Assembly: GCA_949358305.1 (NCBI GenBank)
Contig: OX442314.1
Coordinates: 5,456,001 to 5,520,000, forward strand
DNA from: Strigamia acuminata
Taxonomy: Eukaryota
Direction: 5' to 3'
Length of the DNA: 64,000 bases
Positions 28,901-40,664 of this stretch are shown here, one piece after another; position 1 is the first letter of the stretch, and each line of letters begins with the position of its first letter. The notes under the pieces are model-generated. The model searched no databases. It was not told the origin of the DNA and was given only the letters and a program-made list of their open reading frames with translations. Both the position numbers and the translations under genes were made by a program.

Positions 28901-31228
28901 TTAACGAGTCTCTTTTGGTGGTTGTTTGATGCAACATAATATAAATTCCAAATGATTTCAGGTAATGAGATTAAGGATAAGCCAAGAAACAGGCCCAGAT
29001 TGCCTCCTAAATCTGACAGTAGGGCAATAACATCATAAGTGTACCGTTCTTCATACACGCTAATATTTTCGTTGGTCATTGCAAAAGATATAGATAATAC
29101 ATTTTTATCATCTGCTAAGCCTGAATCAGTATGTTGTGTAAAACTGATTTGTTCACATGTCCGTCGACATAAACAATCAGCAATAGGATCCGTGGTTTCA
29201 ATCAACTTGTTTGCAATTCCATATTGCTCCTGTGTGTCGTTTGAGCATTGACAAGGTGGTAAATTGATCTTCATATTAATAAATGGCAATCTTTGAAGAA
29301 TGCAATATTATTTATATTAAATATGGATGGCCAGGGTTCTAGAAACTCTGTAGTGAGTGACTATTGTTCAGTGGACTGTCAGCCAGAACAGCACATTATG
29401 ATGGAATGTGAAATCTTCGATTGGGTTAAATTTATACTCACCAGGGCGGCGCAAGTGTGCAAAAGGGGCAAGGAGGATACAAGGAGCATTTAATTACACA
29501 GAAATTGTTTTGTTACAAAAGGCAGACATTGAGGTCAAATTCATTCTTAACTAGACTTTGACCGATATCAATATTTTGGAGTATCGCCGATTCCGATAAT
29601 CGGCAACCGAATATCGGCCGATACCGATACCTGCGCCGATATTAAAATTAAAATGTCCGACCCCCCCATCCCCCAAAATAAAAAAAATTTATTATTTATT
29701 AATTTATTTTATGTTTTAAAAACATTTTTGAAGCAGTATCGTTTTAGACTAAAACGATATGCAGTATATGTATACTGTATACTGCTTAAAGCGTTTCTAA
29801 CGATACGTTTTAGAAACGTGGCAATATCGGTATCGGCCTCGCAAAAAAATATCGGATCCGATATCGGTGAATACCGAAATATCGGCCGATAGCTGATACC
29901 GATACCGGTATCGGTCAAAGTCTATTTTTAACTCATGTTTATGGCTTTAAACGTCTTTTAATTGCTGAAAAGTTAATGTAAATTTGAACTTTCTTGTTCT
30001 GTTGATTGTTTGCACCCTTAGCACACTAGCGCCATTCACTGTAATGGCGAGTGTCTGAACTACAGAAGCCTCCTCATTATCTACTTGGTTGGTCTACTTA
30101 CCTGCAGGTTAAATGGGTCTGAAACATTCTTGTCAAGCATCTGCGGTAGCAGGATTCGTATTGATCTTGAGTGGAGCACGAATTCATCGATGAATTCAGA
30201 AATATGAACTGAAATTTAAATGATAAAAAATTAATGAAACAGTAAAATTGTACATTTTTACAACTCCAAATTATAACTTTGTTGTAATTTAAATCGATTT
30301 TTAGTGTTGTCCCAGTCTGTTTTGGTATAAGAAAATTATAGTATCCAAAATCATATACGGATAAAATAATCTAAATAAAAAGAGAAAAAAATTACTCCCT
30401 CGGTTTAATTAAATTTACTTATTTAACTTTACAACGTATGAGGCTTGAGGACATGTATCTTCATACATTTTCTTGATCTTCACTGTCAGTAGTTTTCCAA
30501 CAAACCAGCTGCTTGAATGCAATTCTAATCATAAGACAAACATTTTATTTCATATTTATTTGAATGTACAGAGTACAACTTACTAAATTGAAATGCTTTG
30601 CATATTCCATATGGATTGTCAATTTCCTTCTGCATCACAGTTTTATTTGAATATCCCTAAGCACAGAGTTTGTTAAAATTGTTTTAGTTTATATGTAAAA
30701 ATGTATTTTAACCAATTTTACTTTCATTTCGATGTTAACTATCTCTTTGGATATATTGGTCGCTTTCCAAAGTTCATCCATATCATAAGTTGGGATTGCC
30801 ATGAGCGCTTTCACCATGTTTAAGCAATTAAATAAATGTGTCTTGACTTGACCTGATTCATTGGCGTCAAGCTTTGGATAAGTTTTATTCCAAAGCCTGG
30901 CCATTTCTTTTGTATTGCCACTACAGATCATCAAATTTGGTAAAGCTACTTCATCTGATTTCGACATTACGTCAACAGTCGTAGGATAACTTAAGTAATA
31001 CATTACTCTATCACACGTCTGATATGTGAGCATGCACGTGCAAAATAGGAGTAGAAATAACCAAAATCCATGACGCCTGCTCCAACGTTTTCTACTGTTT
31101 ACGAAATCATCCAAACCAATTAAATCGCAGTTTGGTTTGTTGGCGTCATCTTTTATCACGCGTTGAATTTCTGTACGTAGTTTGCTTAATCTTTGCATGT
31201 TTCTTCTCATCAAGTAATTTTTTTGCAT
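25930..31228 (-). CDS. Tandem double-domain DEG/ENaC (amiloride-sensitive channel family) protein, copy B, intact, 824 aa
   Basis: 11 GT-AG exons: 31228-30722, 30656-30584, 30524-30433, 30370-30278, 30208-30102, 29290-28486, 28420-28336, 28183-28101, 27968-27870, 27798-27689, 26350-25930 (2475 nt, open). Two copies each of TM1 + PxxxIC, GxC, Cys-rich thumb (CxCxxxCE) and TM2. Confidence 0.9.
26538..27662. mobile_element. Non-autonomous DNA element with long (~120-160 bp) TIRs in the last intron of copy B
   Basis: TTTGTTTAAACTTTGAAAAATTATTAAACGTCCTCCATTTTTAGTTTA... at ~26545 is inverted at ~27547-27660; TATA at both ends. Confidence 0.75.
29552..29924. mobile_element. hAT-type MITE in intron 5 of copy B
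   Basis: TIR TAGACTTTGACCGATA / TATCGGTCAAAGTCTA; 8-bp TSD TTCTTAAC/TTTTTAAC (7/8); CCGATA subterminal repeats. Confidence 0.85.
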
Positions 31229-31344
31229 TACGTATATTTCTTCCTTAAATCTACAGCAAGACGAATCGTGGCAAACGGAAACTATGCTTGAGAAACATAG
31301 TGATCAATGTGAGCAGTGGTAACACCAGAAACTACACCTACCAT

Positions 31345-31490
31345 TCTGACATCAGTTTTGATAAGTTTGCCATCAGTTTTTAGACAAGCTTGACATCAGT
31401 TTTGACATAAATTTAGTTGGACCATCAATTTTGACATTACTTAGCCATCAGTTTTGACATAAACTCACCATCAGTCTTGACATTAGTTTC
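31345..31490. repeat. Short degenerate CATCAGTTTTGACA repeats in the copy B/CCS divergent intergenic region
   Basis: About 6-7 spaced copies of CATCAGTTTTG. Confidence 0.7.
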
Positions 31491-31745
31491 ACATATATTC
31501 GTACATTGTTTATTTACTTATATCTTTTGTTTACTTAAAAATATTCTCGGAAGGCAAATATTATCGAAATCTGAAGCAAACATACTGGTGTATGTCCCTA
31601 ACAAACAAATGTTTTTAAAAATAAATCAATAACTGAAAACTTTTTTCTCCTGCAGCATTGTCGTCTTGGACACAAAATAACATGGCATTCAAACAGCGGT
31701 TGTTAATGGATCTGTCACTAGATGTCGCCCGACTGTATTTACAAA

Positions 31746-34485
31746 ATGGAGGCCACTGCTAAAGTTAGAAAAAATTAATAATTTGATAAAATCATTACAC
31801 ACAAATGAAATACTAAATATTAATTTCTCTATTTGATATATTTACCCTCTAGATCGAATTCGCCGTAAAAATGACGTGTCAAAATTGCGTAGACTCGGTC
31901 GACCGCGCGCTGTCGAAAATCCCCGAAATCAAAAATATTTCGATAAATTTGCAAAACGAGCAAGTCATCGTCGAAACGTCGTTGTCCGTGGCGGAAACAC
32001 AAAACCTGATCGAAAGCAGTGGCCTGAAAGCAGTATTCAAGGGTTTCGGAGCTGCAGGTGTCAATTGACATCGAATTAAAATTAATTTATTAATTTAATT
32101 ATTTTTTAATTTTTTTAAGAAAAAGAAAATTTTAGTGCCGCCGTGGCAATGTTGTCTGGTTCTTCTCCGGTGATTGGAGTCGTGAGATTTGTCCAGATTA
32201 AGCGAGATAGATGTCTGATTGATGGGACTATTGATGGGCTTTCGCCGGGGGAGCATGGGCTTCATGTTCATGAATTGGGAGACCTTTCCAATGGCTGTTA
32301 TAGGTTCAATTATACGTGTTTTTTTCGGAGTAGATTTTTATTTTTTTAAATTAAGAAATTCACTTGGACTAGAAAAAATTAATAATGGTTTTTCATCTAA
32401 ACAAAATTCAAATTTCGTCTGAAAAATTCAAATTTTGTCTGAAAAATTGAATTTTTTAACTAAAAAATTCAAATTCTTGTCCAAAAATTCAATTTTCGTC
32501 TAAAAAATTCAAATTTTGTCTGGATAATTAAACTTTCGTCTAAAAAATTGAATTTTAGTCTGAAAAATTAAATTTTAGTCTGAAAAATTGAATGTTAGTC
32601 TGAAAAATTGAATGTTAGTCTGAAAAATTGAATTTTAGTCTGAAAAATTGAATGTTAGTCTGAAAAATTGAATTTTAGTCTGAAAAATTGAATTTTAGTC
32701 TGAAAAATTGAATTTTAGTCTGAAAAATTGAATTTCTGGCTAAAAATTGAATTTAACTAAAAAATTCAAATTCTTGTCAAAAAATTTAATTTTTACTAAA
32801 AAATTCAAATTCCTGTCAAAAAATTTAATTTTTACTAAAAAATTCAAATTCCTGTCAAAAAATTTAATTTTTACTAAAAAATTCAAATTCTTTCCAAAAA
32901 GTTTAATTTTTACTTAAAAATTCAAATTCTTGTCAAAAAATTTAATTTTTATTAAAAAATTCAAACTCTTCCCAAAAAGTTTAATTTTTACTTAAAAATT
33001 CAATTTCTTTTAGTGTTGGAAACCATTACAATCCATTCAACAAGAAACACGGAGGCCGACAAGACGACGAAAGAGTATTGAAATAACTTTTTTGTTAAAT
33101 AATAAATTAATACATAAACAAGATATTAATAAAGTTGTAAACTTGCAGCACGTCGGGGACTTGGGAAACGTGACTGCGGATAAACGAGGCCGAGCCGCGT
33201 TTCGATTCGAGGACCAATTGGTTTGCGTTCCCAACATCATCGGCAGATCGCTAGTCGTGACCGCTGATCCGGACGATTTGGGCAAAGGGAATTCGGGCAC
33301 TTCGCGCAAAGATGGCAATTCAGGAGCGAGGTGAATGTGACAATCGGTGGCGTAACAACCGCTCGTGGTGCAGGGATTCCCCCCACTATGAAATTTCACG
33401 TTTTGACATGGAGTTGTCATGTTATTCGTGAAAACTTTGCCAATTTCAAACGAAATTTCTCCAATTTTTCATGAAATTCGTCGGAAATTGTGAAATTTTT
33501 CATGAAAATCGTCAGAAATTGTGAAATTTTTCATGAAAATCGTCAGAAATTGTGAAATTTTTCATGAAAATCGTCAGAAATTGTGAAATTTTTCATGAAA
33601 ATCGTCAGAAATTATAAAATTTTTCATGAAAATCGTCAGAAATTGTGAAATTTTTCATGAAATTCGTAGAAATTGTGAAATTTTTCATGAAAATCGTCAG
33701 AAATTGTGAAATTTTTCATGAAAATCGTCAGAAATTGTACAAATTTTCATGAAAATCGTCAGAAATTGTGAAATTTTTCATGAAATTCGTAGAAATTGTG
33801 AAATTTTTCATGAAAATCGTCAGAAATTGTACAAATTTTCATGAAAATCGTCAGAAATTGTGAAATTTTTCATGAAATTCGTAGAAATTGTGAAATTTTT
33901 CATGAAAATCGTCAGAAATTGTCAAATTTTTCATGAAATTCGTCAGAAATTGTGAAATTTTTCATGAAAATCGTCAGAAATTGTGAAAATTTTCATGACA
34001 TTCGTTAGAAATTGTACAAATTTTCATGAAAATCGTCAGAAATTGTGAAATTTTTCATGTAAAATCGTCAGAAATTGAAATTTTTCATGAAATTTGTCAA
34101 CAAATTCTAAAATTTCTCAACAAATTCTAAAATTTCTCATCAAATTCTGAAATTTCTCAACAAATTCTGAAATTTCTCATCAAATTTTCCACTAAATTCA
34201 CCAAAAATTCTCCATTTTCCACCAAAAATCTCCAAAATTTTCACAAAATATTCCCAAAACCACCGAAATTTCTCTCATCAAATCCTTCCGATTCTGCCCA
34301 CCATCGATTAGTCGTTACACCACCGACAAAAACGCAAACTCTTATAAACTTCACTTCTCTCCCGTCTTTCCGTTAGCAGATTAGCGTGCGGCGTGATCGC
34401 TCGCTCCCCCGGCATCTTCGAAAACCCAAAGAAAATCTGTCTGTGCGACGGAAGATCGATCTGGGACGAAACGACACCCGCCTAA
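31746..34485 (+). CDS. CCS: Copper chaperone for superoxide dismutase
   Basis: Domain I MTCQNC; SOD-like domain ([20 protein letters not shown], fourth Cu ligand replaced in [12 protein letters not shown]); domain [11 protein letters not shown]. Confidence 0.93.
32400..33010. repeat. 20-bp and 39-bp A/T-tract minisatellites in CCS intron
   Basis: TGAAAAATTGAATTTTAGTC units, then 39-bp units. Confidence 0.9.
33470..34200. repeat. 31-bp then 20-bp minisatellites in the last CCS intron
   Basis: CATGAAAATCGTCAGAAATTGTGAAATTTTT recurs at 33501, 33532 and onward. Confidence 0.95.
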
Positions 34486-34537
34486 CCTCTTTCTTAACAT
34501 GAAAATACTTTAATACATATGAAATTATAATCCGACA

Positions 34538-37500
34538 TTACATGGCAAGTGTTTTCTTCGTCTTAACACTCAACATTCTCTGAATGAATTTCGGCAGATC
34601 TTTCCAGTATGGGCGCAAAACGTGTTTGTTGTGCGCAGCCGCGTCTAATGCAATTCTGAAAAAACAATAAACATTAAATTTATGTATACACAAAAAGAGA
34701 CTCGATATTTTTGTTCGAACATGAAAAAATGCATGGAAATATTGGAAAAGATTTTTTTTTTTGGTCTTAGGATCAGTTTTTGCAACTAAAAATGCAGTTT
34801 TACAACAAAATGCAACATTTACGAGCCTAAAATGCAAATATTTTGTCTAAAAACGTTTGTTTCTGTCTAAAATTCAATTTTCAGCTAAAAAAATAAAGTT
34901 TTGTACATAAAATATGAATTTTTAGCATTTTTTTAACTAAAAAATGCGTTTAGTAGAGCATTGTTAGGCTTAAACCAGCATTTGTTTTGCTTAAAGTGCA
35001 TTCTTACACTTATAAATGCATTTTTTGGCTTGAAAATGCATTTATGCACATAAAGTGAATTTTTTTGGCCTTAAAAGCATTTATTGCACAATTTGACACA
35101 TTTTTATGCTTAAATGTGCAATAATTGCACAATTTGACACATTTTTATGCCTAAATATGCAATAATTGCACAATTTGACACATTTTTATGCCTAAATATG
35201 CAATAATTGCACGATTTGACACATTTTTATGCCTAAATATGCAATAATTGCACAATTTGACACGTTTTCATGCATATATATGCAATAATTGCACAATTTG
35301 ACACATTTTCATGCCTAAATATGCAATAAAAGGCTTTTTTTCCATCTTTTTTTCAATTTTGCATGCATTTTCAGTCGATTTACAAACCTAAATAATGATT
35401 TCGGTGAAAAAACTAAAGATAAACATCGATTTGCGTAAACCTAAAAAAAAAAATGAAATAAAATAAAACAAAACAAAACGACAAAAAAATCGTGAAAAAG
35501 CCACAAATTTACCGTTTCCGTGTGACCTAAAATATTATTACAACATCCACCGACGACGACCAACTCTCCGTAGTCGGAAACGCAACTCGTGTGCCAAATT
35601 CGCGGCTCCAGACCGGACATTTGAATCAGTTGCCACGACACGGACCTCGTGTCGAAAATCCAGCAATCGCCTGCGAAAAAAATCGATTTTTAATCAAATT
35701 AAACGACCGATTCCTCCGATAATCGATATTATCTACTTAAAGCTTTTCTTTCCTGGCTAAATCCGCCGAACAGGACTAATTTCGTGTCGGACAAAACGTT
35801 TAAACTGTGCCACGATCGTCCTTCAGGCATCGGTTCGGCGATGTTTAAGCTAAGATATTGAAAGAAATATATTAAGTAATCATCGTAAATGTTTGAATTG
35901 GTAGTTTATCGAATGTCATTTTATCGCATTTTTGTATTTCTAGTTCAATTTATTATCTGATTAAGGTATTACTACGACTAAATTCGCATTTCGGCACTCG
36001 AAAATGCATTTTTATACTTAAATTTAAATTTTTTTTTATACTGAATATGCATTTTTTGTACACAAATGTACATAATTATTGATTTTAAGCATAAAAATTG
36101 CATTTTTTGTACACAAATGTACATAATTATTGATTATAAGCATAAAAATTGCATTTTTTGTACACAAATGTACATAATTATTGATTTTATGCATAAAAAT
36201 TGCATTTTTTTGTACACAAATGTACATAATTATTGATTTTAAGCATAAAAATTGCATTTTTTGTACACAAATGTACATAATTATTGATTTTAAACGTACA
36301 AATTGCATTTTTTGTACACAAATGTACATAATTATTGATTTTAAGCATAAAAATTGAATTTTTTGTACAGAAATGTACATAATTATTGATTTTAAAAATC
36401 AAAATTGCATTTTTGGTACACAAATGTACATAATTATTGATTTTAAACATAAAAACTGCATTTGTACTCCCATTTATGTATGTTTTGCACTGTATAAAAA
36501 TTTATTTGTGTTTTTAACATATACGATAAAACGTCATTCGATAAATCAAGCGGGACTGGTTAAAATCGATTACCATCCAGACCAAGTCATAGTTTTCAGG
36601 TCTAGACAATGCATGTCGTTCATTCGCACCGACTGGTGCCGTCCACCAAACGTATAAACAATATTTCCTATTCTAACACTAGCGTGAGCAGCTCTCGGTA
36701 GCGGTTTAGGCCCCTAATTGTTTGTAAAAAAAATTAATTCGTTACATTTAATTCGAATTTTGGATAATTTAAACGATTTACTTTGCATTTCGGCCAAACC
36801 CACGTTTTCGTATTTGGGTCGAAAATGACCAGTTGATTATTCCATCCGCGGGACGATGTCTGAATATTAAAGTTAGAAAGAAATTAATAATAAAAATTGT
36901 AATAATTGTTATTATTATTTGACTGACTGGATCAGCAGTGTCGTTGGCGAAATCAAAATTATCCCGGGCTGGCGTTGACAACGAATGGTGTCCGCCGATC
37001 TGATGCGGATTTAATCCGAAACCACCAAATAAATAAATTCTGAAAAATAATTTCACATTCGTTGAATTAAGAGTGAGGAAGAATTGAAATTTACATCCAA
37101 AATTGAATTTTTACCTCCAAAATTGAATTTTTACATCCAAAATTAAATTTTTACATCCAAAATTGAATTTTTACATCCAAAATTGAATTTTTACATCCAA
37201 AATTGAATTTTTACATCCAATATTGAATTTTTACATGCAAAATTGAATTTTTACATGCAAAATTGAATTTTTACATGCAAAATTGAATTTTTACATGCAA
37301 AATTGAATCTTTACATCCAAAATTGAATTTTTATGTGCAAATTGAATTTTTATGTGCAAAATTGAATTTTTACGTGCAAAATTGAATTTTTACGTGCAAA
37401 ATTGAATTTTTACGTGCAAAATTGAATTTTTACGTGCAAAATTGAATTTTTACGTGCAAAATTGAATTTTTACGTGCAAAATTGAATTTTTACGTGCAAA

Positions 37501-38527
37501 ATTGAATTTTTATGTGCAAATTGAATTTTTATCTGCAAAATTGAATTTTTATCTGCAAAATTGAATTTTTATCGGCAAAATTGAATTTTTATGTGCAAAA
37601 TTGAATTTTTATGTGCAAAATTGAACTTTTCTGTGCAAAATTGAACTTTTCTGTGCAAAATTGAATTTTTACGTGCAAAATTGAATTTTCATGTGCAAAC
37701 GCATTTTAATGTGCAAAATTGTATTTTAATGTGCAAAATTGTTTTTTTACGAGCATAATTGTATTTTTCCAAGCAAAATTGCAAATTTACGAGCAAAAAT
37801 GCATTTTTACGTGCAAAATTGCACGTAAAATGCAATATTTATGTACAAAACGCATTCAAAATGTCATTTTTAATTAAAAAAAACCATTTCAACGTGAAAA
37901 TCCCATCAAAATTCCCCTAAAATCAACTCATAAATCCAAACTATCCACCCAAAACACACTTCTCTTCGTATATCCAACTCGACATCTTATCGCACGAAAT
38001 CGGCTGCACGCCTTTAGTCTCAATCTCAAACCACTCTTTGCTTCTAATATTCAACTGGAAAACCGCATTCGTAGGCCTCGGCATCAACCAATCATCGTCT
38101 TCGCAATATCCCCCAAGAACATACAAATTCTCCTCGATCAATGCACCCGCACTGCCCGACGTCCCCGGTGGAATTTTCCCTTCAGTCGTCAAAACTCGCC
38201 TGCAAAAAAATCGAAGAACAATCGATTAAAAATCGAATAAAAATCACTCTTCGCCTCCAAAACACGCACCAAACGTCCAACAACGAGTCGTAGAACCACA
38301 CTTGAGTTGCAGGCAAATAACGGCTGTCTGGGTGACCGGAAAATTCCTAAAATAACGTAAAAATAACGTAAAAATTAACGTTTTTCACGTTTTTCCACCG
38401 ATTTTAATCGATTTCTTACTCGATAACCGCCCCAGACCAAAATATATCGTCCATCGCACACTGCAATGTGCCCGGTTCGTTTCAACGGGCTCGTTGCGTT
38501 TATTGCAACCACATTATTCGTTTCCAT
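34538..38527 (-). CDS. KLHDC2: Kelch domain-containing protein 1/2-like (CRL substrate receptor)
   Basis: RTGHIAVCDGRYILVWGGY, TEGKIPPGTSGS, CDKMSSWIYE, GWNNQL, PRAAHA, GRSWHS, PRIWHTSC, and C-terminal FSPKSL BC-box-like motif; KLHDC1 vs KLHDC2 not resolvable. Confidence 0.82.
35085..35330. repeat. 41-bp minisatellite in KLHDC intron
   Basis: ATAATTGCAC recurs at 35121, 35162 and onward. Confidence 0.9.
36040..36460. repeat. 51-bp minisatellite in KLHDC intron
   Basis: CACAAATGTA recurs at 36061, 36112 and onward. Confidence 0.9.
37085..37820. repeat. 20-bp minisatellite (AATTGAATTTTTACRTGCAA)n in KLHDC intron
   Basis: Tandem units with gradual sequence drift along the array. Confidence 0.95.
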
Positions 38528-38860
38528 CGACACTAACGTTGACAAACTCACGCCATTTTTCACGAAACCAACTTTACAAGCGAGAGCTCTTCCAGCCGTG
38601 ATTAATAACGCCTAGTGGTGAAACCGCGAAACATTTCTCAACGTCACACCAACGAAATGAAATGTAATACTTAAATAATTAGCTATTTAAATAAAAACTA
38701 TTCTATATAATACTCCAATTTGTATTTAAAAAATAAATAAATAAACAATTCATTTTGAAAATCTATTTTTATTGATTCGACCAACCGCGCGCGTCGATTC
38801 GAGTCACGTGGCGCCAATAATCGTGCAATCTCTTTGTTTTGTTCCAGAAAAGCAATTTAA

Positions 38861-39243
38861 ATGTTAGGCAACTTAAAATTAAATGTATCACACCAATTCA
38901 ACTGGTTTAGACCGATTCCTCCACCTCCACCAAAGCCGAATTTCTTCATTCAGAAAATTAAAATTTACTCCTCAGCTGCCGGTCTATTCACTCTGTTTGG
39001 CGCTGCAATTCAGTGAGAACACAAAGAAAAATAAGCCTAGAAATTTTGATCCTGGCCGCAATTTAAAATTTCCCTTTTAATTGTAGTAATTTTGTAATTT
39101 TTTTTTGCAGTGGGGCGCAAATAATTGAACCTTTCCTGACATTTGTGAAGAACCAAGACTGTTTCAAGAGACCAATTGCCTTCAAGCGATTTCGAGATCC
39201 AGAAACCATCAAGAAAATTAAACAAAGGAAAAGAGGCCTCTGA
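38861..39243 (+). CDS. Unrecognised 94-aa putative single-pass microprotein (exons 38861-39012, 39111-39243)
   Basis: GTGAG donor and polypyrimidine-CAG acceptor join in frame (285 nt): MLGNLKLNVSHQFNWFRPIPPPPPKPNFFIQKIKIYSSAAGLFTLFGAAIHGAQIIEPFLTFVKNQDCFKRPIAFKRFRDPETIKKIKQRKRGL; divergent from KLHDC; AATAAA at ~39432. Confidence 0.65.
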
Positions 39244-39797
39244 CTGCTTGAGAGCTTGTCTGCTTGATTGCTGGAACCAAGCAGGGTCCACACACCACCA
39301 TGAAGGAAGAAGATTCAACTAATAATTGTCGTTATTGCATTTTAACTCTAAAAGAGAAGTGTTTTTTTTTCCTTCTGTTTTTTTCAATCTATTTCCAGTA
39401 CCAATGGCTATATAAGTATGTAAATTCATGAAATAAAAAATGAGTTAATCTTGATGTGAAGGCTTGGTTTATTGTGTTGGCTAGGTTTGACAAATGACAA
39501 ATTCAAGAAGAATTTAGAGAAATTTTAGATGTTTTGTGGAAAAATTGGCAAATTCATGAAGAATTTGGAGAAACTTTAGATGGTTTATGGAAAAATTGGC
39601 AAATTAATCGAAAATGCAGAGAAATTTTAGGAATTTATTAGGAAATTTAACAGATTTCTTAAAATTACAGAATTATCAGAAATTTAATAAAACTGAAAAA
39701 TTTTCTAAAATTTAGTCAAAATGTATGAAAACTTAATGCAGCACCATTTGTCCATTTTGAGACTGATTGCTGGTCACTGCAATACACGCACCCACAT

Positions 39798-40432
39798 GGA
39801 GAAATTTTTGGCAAATTGGATAAATTTTTGGCAAATTGGAGAAATTTTTGGCAAATTGGAGAAGTTTTTGGCAAATTGGAGAAATTTTTGGCAAATTGGA
39901 GAAATTTTTGGCAAATTGGAGAAATTTTTGGCAAATTGGAGAAATTTTTGGCAAATTGGAGAAATTTTTGGCAAATTGGAGAAATTTTTGGCAAATTGGA
40001 GAAATTTTTGGCAAATTGGAGAAATTTTTGGCAAATTGGAGAAATTTTTGGCAAATTGGAGAAATTTTTGGCAAATTGGAGAAATTTTTGGCAAATTGGA
40101 GAAATTTTTGGCAAATTGGAGAAATTTTTGGCAAATTGGAGAAATTTTTGGCAAATTGGAGAAATTTTTGGCAATTTGGAGAAATTTTTGGCAAATTGGA
40201 GAAATTTTTGGCAAATTGGAGAAATTTTTGGCAAATTTGAGAAATTTTTGGCAAATTGGAGAAATTTTTGGCAAATTGGAGAAATTTTTGGCAAATTGGA
40301 GAAATTTTGGGCAAATTGGAGAAATTTTTGGCAAATTGGAGAAATTTTTGGCAAATTGGAGAAATTTTTGGCAAATTGGAGAAATTTTTGGCAAATTGGA
40401 GAAATTTTTGGCAAATTGGAGAAATTTTTGGC
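39798..40432. repeat. Highly homogeneous 20-bp minisatellite (GAGAAATTTTTGGCAAATTG)n, ~31 units
   Basis: Direct tandem units; explains the long repetitive ORFs in several frames. Confidence 0.97.
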
Positions 40433-40630
40433 GATCATGATTTGTTCTATAAGTTCACCGAACTTGTCCAATGCGTCTGGAACTTGGCGAAGGTTCATCT
40501 AACACTACTGGATGTGGTACTGTAGAACTTTCAGTGAAAGTGAATGGTGTAATGAATGTTATTGAACTGAAAAATGTGTATTATGTGAAAGATTTCAAAC
40601 GTAATTTAATTTCTATTGGTAAGATTTATT
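40432..40630 (+). mobile_element. Ty1/Copia pol fragment (protease-adjacent region)
   Basis: GCGTVELSVKVNGVMNVIELKNVYYVKDFKRNLISIGKI resembles the Copia GxGTV...LxNVYYV...NLISxGK segment. Confidence 0.65.
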
Positions 40631-40664
40631 GTTCTAAATTTCACATTCATATATTCACTAATGT

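Noticed and set aside
28486..29290. Possibility that the double DEG/ENaC is two neighbouring genes merged by my model
   Set aside because: TM2 of unit 1 and TM1 of unit 2 are in one stop-free exon in three paralogs, with no intergenic space.
31682..31762. Upstream out-of-frame ORF overlapping the CCS start
   Set aside because: TSS unknown; may not be in the mRNA and is expected by chance.
32143..33334. Cu/Zn superoxide dismutase (SOD1)
   Set aside because: N-terminal MXCXXC domain, C-terminal CXC and loss of the fourth copper histidine identify CCS.
39716..40525. Long ORFs (89-260 aa) in several frames; superficially CRISPR-like array
   Set aside because: Translations of a 20-bp head-to-tail minisatellite; no spacers, no cas genes, eukaryotic context.
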